A stretch of DNA of 64,000 nt from Camelus ferus (GCF_009834535.1 NC_045696.1:35156001-35220000); one strand, 5' to 3'; shown: positions 26,197 through 40,179, counted from the first letter of the stretch. Made by a program: numbers and translations. The notes: generated by a model from the letters alone, not told the origin.

Positions 26197-28312
26197 GAAA
26201 TGCTCAACCTTTATTTATTTTTTGATTTTCATTATTTTTCTGACTTTGCTCTTTTTTTTTTAACATTTTTTATTGAGTTATAGTCATTTTACAATGTTGT
26301 GTCAAATTCCAGTGTAGAGCACAATTTTTCAGTTATACATGAACATACATATTTGTCATATTTTTTTTTCGCTGTGAGCTACCACAAGACCTTGTATATA
26401 TTTCTCTGTGCTATACAGTATAAACGTGTTTATCTATTCTGCATATGCCTGTCATTATCTACAAATTTTGAACTCCCAGTCTGTCCCTTCCCACCCCGCA
26501 TCCCCTTGGCAACCACAAGTTTGTATTCTATGTCTATGAGTCTGTTTCTGTTTTGTATTTATGCTTTTTTTTTTCCAGATATCACATATGAGCAATCTCA
26601 TATGGTATTTTTCTTTCTCCTTCTGGCTTACCTCACTTAGAATGACATTCTCCAGGGACATCCATGTTGCTGTCGTTTTTTATGGCTGAATAGTATTCCA
26701 CTGTATAAATATACCACATCTTCTTTATCCAGTCATCTGTTGGTGGACATTTAGTCTGTTTCCATGTCTTGGCTATTGTAAATAGTGCTGCTATGAACAT
26801 CTGGGTACAGTGTCTTTTTGAAGTAGGGTTCCTTCTGGATATATGTCCAGGAGTGGGATTCCTGGGTCATATGGTAAGTCTACTCCTAGTCTTTGGAGGA
26901 ATCTCCATAGTGTTTTCCACAGAGCCTGCACCAAACTGTATTCCTACCAGCAGTGTAGGAGGGTTCCCTTTTCTCCATAGCCTCTCCAGCATTTGTCATT
27001 TGTGGACTTTTGAACAATGACCATTCTGACTGGTGTGAGGTGACACCTCATTGTAGTTTTGATTTGCATTTCTCTGATAATTAGTGATACTGAGCATTTT
27101 TCATGTGCCTATTGATCATTTGTATTTCTTCCTTGGTGAATTGCTTGTTTAGGTTTTCTGCCCATTTTTGGATTAGGTTGTTTGTTTTTTTCTTATTATG
27201 TCGTATGAGCTGCTTATATATTCTGGAGATCAAACCTTTGTCGGTTTCATCATTTGCAAAAATTTTCTCCCATTCCATAGGCTGTTGTTTTATTTTACTT
27301 ATGGCTTCCTTTGCTGTGTAGAAGCTTGTAAGTGGTAGCTCACAGTGAAAAAAAATGTGACAATGAATATATTTATGTTCATGTATAACTGAAAAATTGT
27401 GTTCTACACTGGAATTTAACACAATATTGTAAAATGACTATAACTCAGTAAAAAATGTTTAAAAAAATCAGTTGCATTTCTTTACACTAACAATGAATTA
27501 ACAGAAAAAGAAAGTAAAGAAAGAATCCCCTTTAAAATAGCACACAAAGTATAAAATACCTAGGAGTAAATCTATCCAAGGAGGTGAAAGATTTATACGC
27601 AGAAAACTATAAACCATTGATGAAGGAAATTAAAGAAGACTTTAAAAAATGGAAATATATCCCATGCTCCTGGATTGGAAGAATCAATATTGTTAAAATG
27701 GTCACACTGCCCAAGGCAATCTACAGATTTAATGCAATCCCTGTCAAATTACCCAGGACATATTTCACGGAACTAGAACAAATCATAATAAAATTTATAT
27801 GAAACCACAAAAGACCTAGAATTGCCAAAGCATTACTGAAGAGAAAGAAAGAGGCTGGAGGAATAACTCTCCCAGACTTCAGACAATACTACAGAGCTAC
27901 AGTCATCAAGACAGCATGGTATTGGTACAAAAACAGACATATGGACCAATGGAACAGAATAGAGGGCCCATACATGAACCCACAAACTTTTGGTCAACTT
28001 ATCTTTGACAAAGGAGGCAAGAATATACATTGGAATAAAGACAGTCTCTTCAGCAAATGGTGTTGGGAAAACTGGACAGCAGCATGTAAAACAATGAAGC
28101 TAGAACACTCCCTTACACCATACACAAAAATCAACTCAAAATGGATCAAAGACTTAAACATAAGACAAGATACAATAAACCTCCTGGAAGAAAATATAGA
28201 CAAAACATTATCTTACACACATCTCAAAAATGTTTTCCTAGGGCAGTCTATCCAAGCAATAGAAATAAAAGCAAGAATAAACAAATGGGACCTAATGAAA
28301 TGCTCATCCTTT
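26197..28312 (-). mobile_element. Complex L1 insertion: 3' body 26252-27332 (minus), extra L1 3'-end copy 27333-27467 (plus), inverted ORF2 segment 27468-28300 (plus), 16-bp TSD
   Basis: TSD GAAATGCTCAACCTTT (26197-26212) / GAAATGCTCATCCTTT (28297-28312); ORF2p-like ORFs 27584-27802 and 27941-28345 on plus, 27081-27422 and 26455-26661 on minus. Confidence 0.92.
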
Positions 28313-29776
28313 AATCATTTGAAGATTCTGTATAAGTGCTGTTAAATCAACTCAATGCAATTTGTTATGAGTGCTCATAAGTATAATTAGATTCTCTGCT
28401 TAAGAAAAATAAATAAAATTATAGTAACATTTTCAAGCAAAAGGACACAATTACAAGGAATACAATCCTCAAAGTCCTGTCAAGTTGTACATATTTCTAT
28501 TTCTTGTACTATTCCTACTTAGAAAGAGGTTTTTTTTTTAAATTTTCAACTTAAAGTCTTATTCTTTAGAAGAAAGATACTAGAACAGAATCCATTTAAA
28601 TTCTCAGTTGCTATCTAGTTTAAAATCATGCCATTTAAATATACTTAGAATTCCATCTAGCAAACATACTAAGTGGATTATGTCTTTCCTCAAAAATAAG
28701 CTCATCTTCTTCAGGGCAGTCAATAATCAACAATTTTGAGCTTACTAAATTTAGAGCCTTTTTAGAACCATTTAATTTTTTTTTGGAAGATTTACTTTCT
28801 GGGAAGAAATCACATACTCCATTTTGTGTGTCATTTGAGAATTACAGCATTAAGGATATCACTGCAGACTAATAGAGAAATCTTTTTTTTTTTTTTTTTT
28901 TTGAGAAAACCACGAAGCACGTAAGCCAAACTGTATTACATACATTTGGTACAATCACACTTGCAATATTAAGTAAAACATTGACACTGGCACGTTGAAA
29001 CTCTGTTATGTGTCAGGAAATTTTCTTTGCTTCAGGAGACTGACATCTGCCAAGAATGATGAGGGTGCTTATTTGGATATTATTCCATGCTCACCTCTGG
29101 CTTAGGGAGACACAGACACAGGAGAATATAGGACAGAATTTGCAGTTCATTTCATGGAACCAGCACAGCATTCTGTACAGGACAACCGTTTGGAGGAAAA
29201 GTCTCTCCATCAGTTTAAATCAGGCACAACACACACACACACCCCCCCAAAAAATACTTTCTGGCAGCAGAGTTTGAAATCATGACCAAACTCAACAGAA
29301 TACATCAAATGATACACTTAAAAACAAAAACCAAAAAGCGTTGACTATTTTAAGAATAACCTCTAAGGAAGATTAGGCATTTTGGTAAAAATAGACTATT
29401 ACATTTCAAACCAATGTAATGTTCCATAAAAACACATAACAGCATTTTATTTCTTTGATTTCACTTTACACAGTTGTGGTTACTTAGCTATTGTATAAGT
29501 GTGAAAACTAGATACTACTGTATGGATCTTGGATTTAGAATATGTGAGTTTATATGCATAGTGTGTGACTTTGGCAAATCTCTATGGCTCTCTGAAACTC
29601 TGTTTTCCCTGCAAAGATGCCTATAAATATTATGTACTTGTTTCTTATTAGAGAAGTCTTATTGACCTACTTTATATGCTTTTAAGCTATTAGAAAAATA
29701 ACATAAATCTCAATTTCTGTGATTTTAAAAACAGTACCAAGATGCATTAATTTAATTTTGCTTATTATGAGAATGT

Positions 29777-30168
29777 TAATGACTGAATTACCATATTCAC
29801 ATGTTGAAGCCCCACCCCACCCAATGTGCTTATATTTAGAGACTTAGAGATAGGGCCTTTATCAGGTAAATAAGGTTGATTGTGGTTATAAGGGTGGTGT
29901 TCTGATCCAATTAGATCAGTGTGCTTTAAGAAGACACCAGAGAGTGCTCTCTCATGTGTGTTGTGTTAGCTCTGTCTCTCTGTCTCTCTGTTTCATGTGA
30001 AGACAGAAGAGAGGGCAGACATTTACAAGCCAGGGTAGAGACTCACCAGAACCCAACCATGGTGGCACCTTGATCTCAGATTTCCAGCACTCAGAACTGT
30101 GAGAAAATAGTTTCTGTTAAGTTACCCAGTCTGTGGTATTTTATATGACAGCCCAATAGACTAGTACA
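29777..30168 (+). mobile_element. MaLR solo LTR (MLT1A/B-like)
   Basis: 'ttcacatgttgaagccc...ccaatgtg', 'ggcaccttgatctcagatttccagcactcagaactgtgagaaa', end 'cccagtctgtggtattttatatgacagcccaatagactagtaca'. Confidence 0.85.
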
Positions 30169-31244
30169 GAGAATACTAAAGACAGCAGTAAGTATAAGTA
30201 TTCTGAGTACTGAATAAGTCAAGTAAATTAACGTAAAGTCATCAACTGCAAGTATGCTTCTTATAGTTACAATCATATAGTGAATTTCTATATATATTAT
30301 TTTAAATATTAAAAATAATATCTAATTACTTACATGAGAAAATAAACTATATATTAAACAAAATACATACTGTCAAGTAAAAAATGAAAGTTATAAAACA
30401 TGTCCAGTATGGGTCCTTTATTTAATATATATGCATACATATTATATACGAAAATGTTGATGGTGATTATTTGGTTAGGATGAGCCATTTTAAATTTCTT
30501 CTCTTTCTGATTTAACTGTACCATTTTATAAATGAAAGTACTAAATATATAACATAAAAGAGCAGTTGTTGAAGTTTTTAAATGTAGTTTAACTAAATTT
30601 TAAAATATTGCAAGTTAGTACTTTCAGGAAATAAATGGTAACAAGAACATTATGTAGAGATAAACACATCCCAGATTTTGAATAACTTTAAATAAATATA
30701 CTACATTCCAAAGCTGAGCTTCTCAAGTGGTGATGCCAGGACCATATTTAGATTATGAGAGTCTCTCTACCTATGTATAAAGCATAGTTTACATATATTG
30801 TTTTTAAATATTTTTTACCTTTTGAAACTCCTGACATTTCATATGCAAATGATATAAATTGGACAATAGTAGAAAAAATCCAACCATTTCCTAACTACCA
30901 ACAAATTGCCAGTGTAGCTAATAGCAAGCAATTTATACAGTGGCTAATCTGATTAAGTATCTGGTCATCATTCTGTCTCTACTCTCTAATTTATACCTTT
31001 CTAAACTCAGCCATGATAATAGAGAATACTGAATATTTTACCTTGGGTATGATAGTTTTAGGATCAAAAACTGTCAATGTTTTATACCATTCAGTGGTAT
31101 TTAAATAATTTAACAAGAGCCATGTGGGGGTGAGATGTCGGTCAAGAAATGTCAAATGTCATAACCTTTCTTTCAAATGTAAAGTCAGAAAAATTATTAA
31201 GGTGAATGTATAGGGTGTAGTGAAGATAAAGAATGGGGCGAAGT

Positions 31245-31760
31245 ATTAATGCATATTTATTGATTGACAATCCAGGTGCTGGGATTGTAAAAGAGAGTAA
31301 GACTAACAAGGTACATGACCTCCTAGAGCTTATATTCTAGAAAGCTAATAAGCTACTAAGTAATTAACAAGTAGGATAAATTTGAGTAGTTATATGCTAA
31401 CATGTGAACAAGACAAAATGAAAGAGTTCTAGGAGACTCCATTTGTGTGGTTAGGAAGATTCGGTACAAGAGATAGTAATGGAAGGGAGCCTGAATGATC
31501 TGAATGTGGCTTCCATGAAGGCATCAGAGGGATGTTCCAGCCACATGGAATTGCAAATACAAAGGCAGAAATAAACCTGGCATTTACAAAGCGCAGGATA
31601 TTAAAAAAAAAAAAAACCTATAGGTTGAGCATACAAGCAGCGGTGGGAGAGAAAGTTAAAAAGAATTGACATATATACCAGAACAAGGGATGTAAATTTC
31701 ATTTTATGTAGAATAGGAAGCCATTGGAATGCCTTATGCAGGGGAGTAGTATATGATATC
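31245..31760 (-). mobile_element. L2 fragment, antisense
   Basis: 'catatttattgattgacaatccaggtgctggg...ctagagcttatattctag', 'ataggaagccattggaatgccttatgcaggggagt'. Confidence 0.65.
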
Positions 31761-32257
31761 AATTTGCAAGTTATCCTTCTGATTGATCAATTTTATGAAA
31801 ATCTCCTGGCATTGGGGACAGAAAATAAGAGTGGTTTTAACAAGCGAAAATAGTGAGTCTTATGATCAGACACATTTGGTAAACTTTGTCTTAAGTGATG
31901 AATGCCAACATTAGCAATCAGGGATGTAATACTTAAGCTGGGCATAAATTTAAGAGAACTCAGAAACTCAGATAAATTTGTTCATTATGCATCTGTTTAT
32001 AAAAAATCAAAATATCCCATTTAGGTTAACTTGGTCCATGATCTCCTGGAACTTATATTCTAGAGAGGTAAGTCAGACACTAAATAATTAAACGAAAAGG
32101 CACATCACTGCTTGTCTATGGGAGGGTGATATTAAACAGCAAATTAAAAAAAAAAAACTGTAGGAGAAAGAAAAACTTTTTCCTCCTTTTTGAACAATGG
32201 GCCTAGCATTTTTATTGTCTGTTGGGGCCCACAAATTATGTTGCTGACACTGTTTAT

Positions 32258-32372
32258 AGATTTTCCTCATCTGTAAAATCAGAACTAAAACTCTACCTCT
32301 TAGAGTTGTAAATATTACATAAAATAAAACAAGTATTTAGCACAATCCCCAACTAATTTAGGTAGTCAATAG
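32258..32372 (+). mobile_element. MIR SINE fragment
   Basis: 'ttttcctcatctgtaaaat...tctacctcttagagttgt...ttagcacaat'. Confidence 0.7.
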
Positions 32373-32449
32373 AAGACAGTTTCTCTCTACCACCTTACTA
32401 CCTCTGTTCTTTGCCATTAATTAAGAACATGTTTCTTATAAACAATTAA

Positions 32450-32592
32450 GTATAAAATAAGGTATATTGTACAACATAGGGAATATAGCAAATATTTTAT
32501 ATTAACTATAAATGGAATATAAACTTTAAAAATTGTGAACCATTATATTGTTCACCTGTAACATATAATTTTATATATTAACTATTAAAAAA
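32450..32592 (+). mobile_element. Short L1 3' end
   Basis: 'tatattgtacaacatagggaatatagcaaatattttatattaactataaatggaatataaactttaaaaattgtgaacc'. Confidence 0.8.
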
Positions 32593-35500
32593 TTGTAAAA
32601 CAATTTGTAAAACCAATGAAAATTTGTGATTGAATTGCTTAAGAGCAGGGCTCAAGCAAATGTTTGAAACACAACATATTAACAGATTCTACTGCTATTA
32701 GGTAAAATAAAAAGACAAAAAAACTTAGTGGGAAGGAAAAGAAAGAATGTATTTCCTAAGATACTTAAGTTCCAGGTTGGGAGAGACTGAGATCTGTAGT
32801 GTAACCACAGCATTGTTTCTCTCCACATATCCAAGTGGTCCTAATACAAGTACCTCACAGTAACACACCACACACAGCATGTCGAGGGCCCCTCCCAGCT
32901 CACAGAATAGCTTCTCTTAATACTAAGCCAACCAATATTGTATCTTGTGTAAAGAGGCATCTGTTAAAAGGATTTCTTTTTTTTCTTGAATAGTGATATC
33001 ATTGTTTTTTATTTAATTTTTTTTCAATTTAAGCTGTTGCATTTGTTTATAAAGGCTTTGATGCTTTGATTATTGATAAAATAGTGTATGCACAACCAGT
33101 ATTAAATTGTTCTATCTCATTAGAAGGCAGTTATGCCTATTTTTACTTTTTAAACCTGCTGATTAAAATTTTTCCCACTATGAAAACATATTATACTTTG
33201 CATAAGAACCAATATACAACTATGTAATTTTCTGGAGCTGCTCTTAAAATATTAAGTATTGGACTTTATAAAATGTCCAGTAGATTATCTTTGCTTTTGC
33301 AGGACTAACTTTAAAAGTATAAATAACTTTTAAAATACATTACAATAGGCTTAAAGAGAGGGAAAATGATTTTTTCTTGTCCTTCCTTCTCACTCATCCA
33401 CCCCCTCCAAAATGAGAAACTTCTCATCTAAATCTAGTTGCAAACATCACATAATATATAGGAAAGAATCTGGTGACAAAATGAGAAAACATCAGTACCC
33501 TATGACAAAGAGTTGAAAAGATAGGAAGACATCCCTGTTAAATGGCAAGGGATGGAATAGGAAATTAGAGAGTAGGTTTTCAGAAGTAAAAAAACAAACA
33601 AAAAAACAGCCTTATAGAGTCAGGGCTTAAGAACTGGGGCCATTGTCCACGTATAGGATAAGAAGCAGATGATTTATCAAGTGATTATTTCATAGTTTTT
33701 TTAGTAGTGTATAGATTAAATAAACCTGTTAGTTTAGTCATGGGTAGATAAAACAAAATCAGTAAATACTGGGGAGAAAAATTCATATAAATATTAAAAT
33801 ATCTAACATTTTGTAGGTTTATTTTTTCCATGAGCTACCTAATATAACACATAAAAGAAAAGAATTTCTCTTGATAGAGCCCCATATATATTAGACTCAG
33901 TCCATGGCCCGAAAAGTTGGGTTTTCCTACAATCAGTTCTAAGAAAGAATCTGATAATTAATTGTTGTCTGTATCTCAGGAATAATGCTCATGAATTATG
34001 TCCCTGTAGATATACAGTATATAGCAGGGCATAAACTTACTTTAATCTGGGAATTTTCAAAGTTAGAATTCTGAGCCCAACCATGTGAGAGCCATCATGG
34101 TGAAGCATGAGTCTTCGGTGGCAGTGTAATGTAGGTATAACACATTCACAAAAAGATGATGATACAGCTACAAAATGACAAGGAAATCTATCACGAAGGT
34201 TTGAGCAGGTCTTTTCGTGAGAGGCTTATTTATACACTCCAAGAAAGGAAATGTTATTCACTGGTTAACCTATCTGGTAGCTTTTTTCGAACTGATGAAT
34301 AAATATATTCACACCTGTAATTGATAGTGACTCTTCTTGAGGAAAGCTAGTACAATACATGAATATATACTACAGAGAGAACCTGAGTGGACTTAAATGC
34401 TTTGCATTTAAAAGGATTGGTTTCTTCCTATTTGATCCTTTGTATAATTACTGTATGATGAAGATGGTGCCCATTATTATATAGTGTCCTTATTCAGTGA
34501 CATTTATCCAAAGAGATCAAAAGAAACTTAGAAACTTTCAACAAAATAGCCTACTGTGGTAAGCATCACAGGAAATAACATTTGTCTAAGGAACAGCAAA
34601 GCAGAAAGAAAATGTACTCAGGTCAAAAGGAAAGTAAGTCTATTTTCCCTAAAGTTTGTGTTTTAGTTTCCTTCACAGAGCTAAGACCCCTGACAACCCT
34701 GGATAGTTCAATGATGCATCTACCATGGAGCCCAAAGGCTAAGATTTTAATTCTCTCAGACCTTTCCTTATTTTCACAACCGCACACAAAAAGGCAAAAG
34801 GCAGAAGTGCTGTCAATGTATAGGACACGGACTTTGTTTTTGTATGAACTTCAGCTAGCCAAATGTAAGAGGAAAATTCGTATTAATCTACATCCTCTGA
34901 GAGTTGCTAAGAAAGTTGGAGGATATTATAAACAGGAGAACTATTTACAGTAAAGAGAACAATATCAGGATTTAGGGCTCTATTAATAAAGTTATGGAAC
35001 TTCAGTCTGAGTACAGTAGCTTTCAGAAGAGAAATACAGAAATATAGATAATAATTTGCTGAGTGACTGTAAAAACTCTGGGCCATCCATCATTTCTTTC
35101 ACATCTAACAACAATAAACTGGTACTTAATTTTGATGTCTTAATGTACAACTCATGTTGAACCAGAAAAAGAGATTCCAAAGTTGCTTTTATAGATATTG
35201 TCATTAACACAGAATGAAATAATTTTCTAGATACATTATTTTTGTTAATTGTGTTAATGTCTGACATTCATTGTGTCATCCACAGTACCTCACCTATATA
35301 AGTCACTCAATAAATGCTTGAAGGATTATAATTATGTGATCTTACACTCTGCAAATGTATTTAATATAAACCTATGTAATACATGACCTGTTTGGTCCCA
35401 AAATAGCAATGACCCTGAGGTTCTAACTTTTATTAGAGGCAATATTTTCCTCTTCAGTTGCAGAATTCTACTGCATATCCTGCTCGAAAAGAGCCTAAGT

Positions 35501-36069
35501 TTCTTCAGAATGTTATATAGAGATTAACTATGAGTATGCATACTTACATCATTTTTTAAAGTTTAAAATTATATTCCATTTGTATGTGAACACTGAAAGA
35601 TGATCAGGAGCTCTCCTCCAGGGTTTGCTTCAAGAGACCAGGTGTCTGAATTCTCAGAAATTGGTCCTTAAGGGGAGATCTGTCTCTGGAATGAAAACAA
35701 GGTTAAAGCATTGTATGAATTTTATGCCTTCCTCTTCTGATCAGGTGCCAAGACAGGCACATAAAATACTGTAAAAAAGGAAGCATTAGGAAATACTAAC
35801 AATGAGGAGAATGAACTCAAAAGACAAAGAATGAAGAGATTTCCATTAAGACATTAAGTAATGCAAATATTAGGAGTGTCTGTAGAATTAAGTTCTATAG
35901 CTTGTTCAAATTCTTTAAAACTGTCTAAAGCTGAAGGTAATCATTAACTTCTTCCTCTAGAAAGGGACTATTCCTAATGCTTCCATAACTTATCTAACTT
36001 GATGTAATAAAAATGATTACTTAAAATATTTTTTATATTTTAAAATATTATATATATTTATAGATATAA

Positions 36070-36369
36070 AATATAGACTCACAGACAGACAACAAACTAT
36101 GGTTATCAAAGAGGGAAGACATGGGGGGAGGAATAAATTAGAGGTTTGGGATTAACATATACACACTACTATATATAAAATAGATAAACAACAATGTCCC
36201 TACAGTATAGTACAGGGAACCATATTCAATATCTTGTAATAAACTATAATGGAAAAGAATCTGAAAAAGACTATATGCATATGTATATGTATAACTGAAT
36301 CACTTTGCTGTATACCTGACTAACACAATATTGTAAATCAGCTATATGTCAATAAAAAAATAAAATAAA
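36070..36369 (+). mobile_element. L1 3' UTR (~300 bp) with A-rich tail
   Basis: 'atagactcacagac...tatagtacagggaaccatattcaatatcttgtaat...gtaaatcagctatatgtcaataaaaaaataaaataaa'; homologous to 13740-14000. Confidence 0.9.
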
Positions 36370-36649
36370 GTATTTTTTTAAAATTTAACCAGTACACACC
36401 TCACACAATTAAGATGTGATATAGGCAAAAGCTGTGAAGTTGTTACAGGATAGAAAAGTACACAAATATTTAAGAACTTTATAGAATGTTTTTAAAGCTA
36501 ATATGATTAACAAACAATAACAAAAATAATCATAATGCCATATATGCCAAGAAGAGAGGCCCCAACTTGTCTTTGATTTTTATCTGTAACATATTATCTA
36601 CAATATATTTATGATATGTTATGAATGTTTCAAATTAAAACTTGCAAAG

Positions 36650-37426
36650 TGGATAACAAGGAGCCACATGGTAAGCTGTGGGCCACAAGAGAAACTGAAA
36701 TAGAGTTTATTGCTCATAGGTCCTGGAGGAAGTACAGAGTACACCTTGAGGGTTCCACATAGGGAGGTTAAGGAAGAATGCAGACAGAGAGCTATAGGAC
36801 CTAGGGCTCATGCCTTCATTAGGGTTTTTATTAGAGAGCTTTGGGGTTTTCTGGTGAAGGCCAGAATGGTCAATTCAAACCTAAATTGAGGGTTTTGGTA
36901 AACTCCACTGGGGTCTTGTCTAAGAGGCACACAAGCAAGGCACTGGGAGAAGGGGACACTGTTGATCACAAGGGCTGTTGGGGAAGCCATATCAGAAACT
37001 TATTTTGTCCCCATAGATTTGGGATGTGTCACCTTCCTGGCATGTGGATGTATCATCCATCCAGAAGATCTCTGAACCCTGGACGTTAGCATCTTTATGG
37101 AAACTTCATCATACAGGCATAATTGATCTCAAGCCCTCCTCCCGTCCCCAGAGGAAGGGGGATGGGGCTGAAAGTTTCTAGCTTCTAATCATGGTTTGGT
37201 CTTTCTGGTGATCAGCTCCAATTCAGGAGCCCACCAAGAGTTCCCTCTTTAGAAGAAAAGATGCTCATATCACCCAGGGAATTTCAAAGGAGTTCTGTGT
37301 AAGATGCTCTGAGCACCTCTATCATTCAGGACATTACAATGGTTTTAGGAGCTCTGTGTTGGGAACTAGGACCAGAGACCTATATGTAGATCTATATAGT
37401 GAGAGATACGTCTTCTTATTTCACAT
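36650..37426 (-). mobile_element. ERV LTR sequence; 37020-37426 is MER21-like
   Basis: 'ggggctgaaagtttctagcttctaatcatggtttggtctttctggtgatcagc...aggagctctgtgttgggaactaggaccagagacc...tatttcaca' (TG start on minus). Confidence 0.7.
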
Positions 37427-37794
37427 TCTCTAATCCTACCTTTCCACAAGTTGTTTTGGTGCATACCCTAGGAAGTAAGGCCCATGAACCCAGAAGTAAA
37501 CAAACTTCAAAAGAGTGATACTGTATGCTTTAAAAATATATTTAAATATAAATTTTTAAAACCAAGTACAATACATATCTGAATAGAGATTTATACACAC
37601 ATTTGAAAAGTAAAGGAGTTGCAGTATTTCTTTAGAACAGCAAAGGGGGTTTTAACATGGAAAGTCATGAAGTTTGTTCAAGAGAAAAAGAAACTGCAGA
37701 CACTATTTGTTAGTTGAGTTTTTAGCTCTCAGAAAAGTTGACATAAAGTTCTGTTAAATATGAAAAGGGTTAATTTGTTATCCAGTGGTGGTTT

Positions 37795-38150
37795 TCATTA
37801 ATTCATTCACATTTGTTCACAATCATTTCACAAATGCTACCTGAGCACCATTTCTTCCATCTGTACGGTCAGCTATTAGGGAAAAAATCATTACTGAAAT
37901 ACATTAATAAAAACATGCCATTAAAGCAATGACTTTTACATTTCAGGTAAGAGGGCAATATACTCTTAAAGTTACAATAAAATTTGATGAGTGTTTTGAT
38001 AAAGGAAGTAAAAGGTCGGTGCCAGGGGAACATACAAGGTGCATTACCAGAGGTGGGGACGTTTAAACTAGAGTAGGAGTTAGCCAGGGAAAATGTAATG
38101 GGACAATCAGAGGGTTTCAGAGTGGACAGCTTATACAACAGCTGTGTAGA
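37795..38150 (-). mobile_element. L2 3' fragment, antisense
   Basis: 'ttcattaattcattcacatttgttcacaatcatttcacaaatgctacctgagcacc'. Confidence 0.5.
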
Positions 38151-38431
38151 AGGACAGACTCACATGCCACAAGGAGAATATTTCAGTCGGATGATCTTGC
38201 CTGATTATCTCAGGTAGTTTCTTCATTTGCATGTTCCATGATATCTATATTTACCTCAGTGATAGTGTCTATTCCAGTCTCTTGCATATCAATAGGTTAT
38301 GTGCCTTTTGACCCTAAGACCATGCCTTATTCCTTCATTGAACTAGATTTCTCAAGTACTTAACAAGATCAATACTCAATAAATAATTTTAACCTCAGCT
38401 TATGCATAACCATTCATTGTTTCCTGCATAT

Positions 38432-38800
38432 GTATATGTTGATTTTGTGTCTGAAATTCATATGTTGTAATCCTAACCCCTCGAACTTCAAAATGTGACT
38501 AATTGAAGATAGGGTCTTAAGAGGTAATTAGGTTAAAAGGAGATCATTAAGGTGGGCCTCAATCCAGTATGACTGGTGTCCCAATAAGAAGAAAAGGACA
38601 CATACAGGCACACACGGGAGACCATGGAGGGAAACAAGTAGAAGATAACGATCTATAAGCTAAGGAGAGAGGTCTCAGAAGAAACCATGTTGATGTTTTG
38701 GTCTCAGGGTTCTCGCCTCCAGAACTACGAGAAAGTAAATATTCTATTGCTTAAGTCATTCAGTCTGTGGTACTTTATTAGGGCAGCCACAGCTAACTGT
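38432..38800 (+). mobile_element. MaLR solo LTR (MLT1B-like)
   Basis: 'aaattcatatgttgtaatcctaaccc...ggtgggcctcaatccagtatgactggtgtcc...gcctccagaactacgaga...cagtctgtggtactttattagggcagcc'. Confidence 0.85.
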
Positions 38801-39733
38801 GTATTACATACATGTTTGTACATATCTTAGTTGGATGACTGGAAGGTCTGTTGTCATTAAACCAGTAATTCAAGCGAAGTAATTTTGCATTGGGAAATGT
38901 GAAAATGATACAGTTCACCAAGCTCAACAAACCCCTACAGAAAGAAAAACATAGTTGTCACTTTTAAAAGAGACCTATGGATGATTTCAATAAACCATAT
39001 CAACTACATTTATTAGCCACTAATTTACAGTGGTCATTATGAGTGGTGACAGATCAGAGTTATGCTTTGGGAATGGATGTGATATCAAGATTTCAGATAG
39101 GAAATAACTACTTAAGTTGTGATAGTGTCCACCAAGAAAAGGAAGAGTAGAATGAGAAAATTTTGTTATATTTTGATACTGAGCCTGATACATAAGACAA
39201 TGGAAAGGAATAACACAAAGATAGTTCCAAGATATCAGGTTTAGAGACTAGTGTTGCCATTAACTGAAATATAAACACCAAAGAAAGAGCAGAAAGAGAA
39301 AAAAACGGAGTCAATTTTAGACATTCTAAATTTGAAGTGTTAGTATATTGCTAGATGGAGATGGTCAGATTATAAAAAATACTAGAAACTTGGAAAATGG
39401 ATTGATGATTAAGTAAATTTCTTTTAAAACAGAAAAAATTACAAATACAAGAGAAATGATTAAAATTGGGGGACCTACTTAAAAGTAGCAGAAATTTGTA
39501 AAATATGCCAACATTTGCAACTTCTAGCATGTCTATTAAAATCTACAACACCAACAAGAGTTTTAGAATTATTTAATCAAGAAACTCATTTGAAAAAGCA
39601 AGGGAATAATTGGTGTCCAACATTTTTTTTCTGTACACAGCAAGATAATTTCATATACAAGCAATAAAATTATTAGAAAAAAATAGGGGAGAAACAAGAA
39701 CAAATGAGGACTCTACCTCTAGACATCTTAGAC

Positions 39734-39890
39734 CAGTGTTTCTCAAATTTTGGAATAGATAATCTTTTCTTGTAATATCGATAAAAATTCAGATTCCTGC
39801 GTCTGACCCCAGGCTACTGTATAAAAATAACTTGATTAGGACCTTCAAATCTGCAATTTTAATAAGAGTTTCTTGTGTTTTTTTAAATGG
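39734..39890. mobile_element. hAT-Charlie MITE (MER5A-like)
   Basis: Terminus 'cagtgtttctcaaa', internal 'cagattcctg...ccccaggctact...aatctgcaattttaataag'. Confidence 0.65.
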
Positions 39891-40179
39891 TCCACAGAAT
39901 TAAACAATGATCATGGCTGTCAGAAAATGCAAAAAGAAATGTATGTATATAAAATCAAGGAGTTAATTATAGAACCATATCTAAGATAAAAAAGAAAAGC
40001 AGGAGGAAGAATATTCAATAAATAGTATTACAATCATGTCATAGTTTGAAATGGAATGAAAGGATTACTTCGTGAAAGGAAAGAGGAAGTGGGACAGAAA
40101 CTTCTGTATCTCAGGTTCATATAAACTTTTACAAAATCTTGCACATTGGCTCAATCATCAAGGGTGTTTTCTATATGTT

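Noticed and set aside
34582..35267. 123-aa and 91-aa ORFs in unique DNA
   Set aside because: No recognisable motifs or splice context; lengths are compatible with chance.
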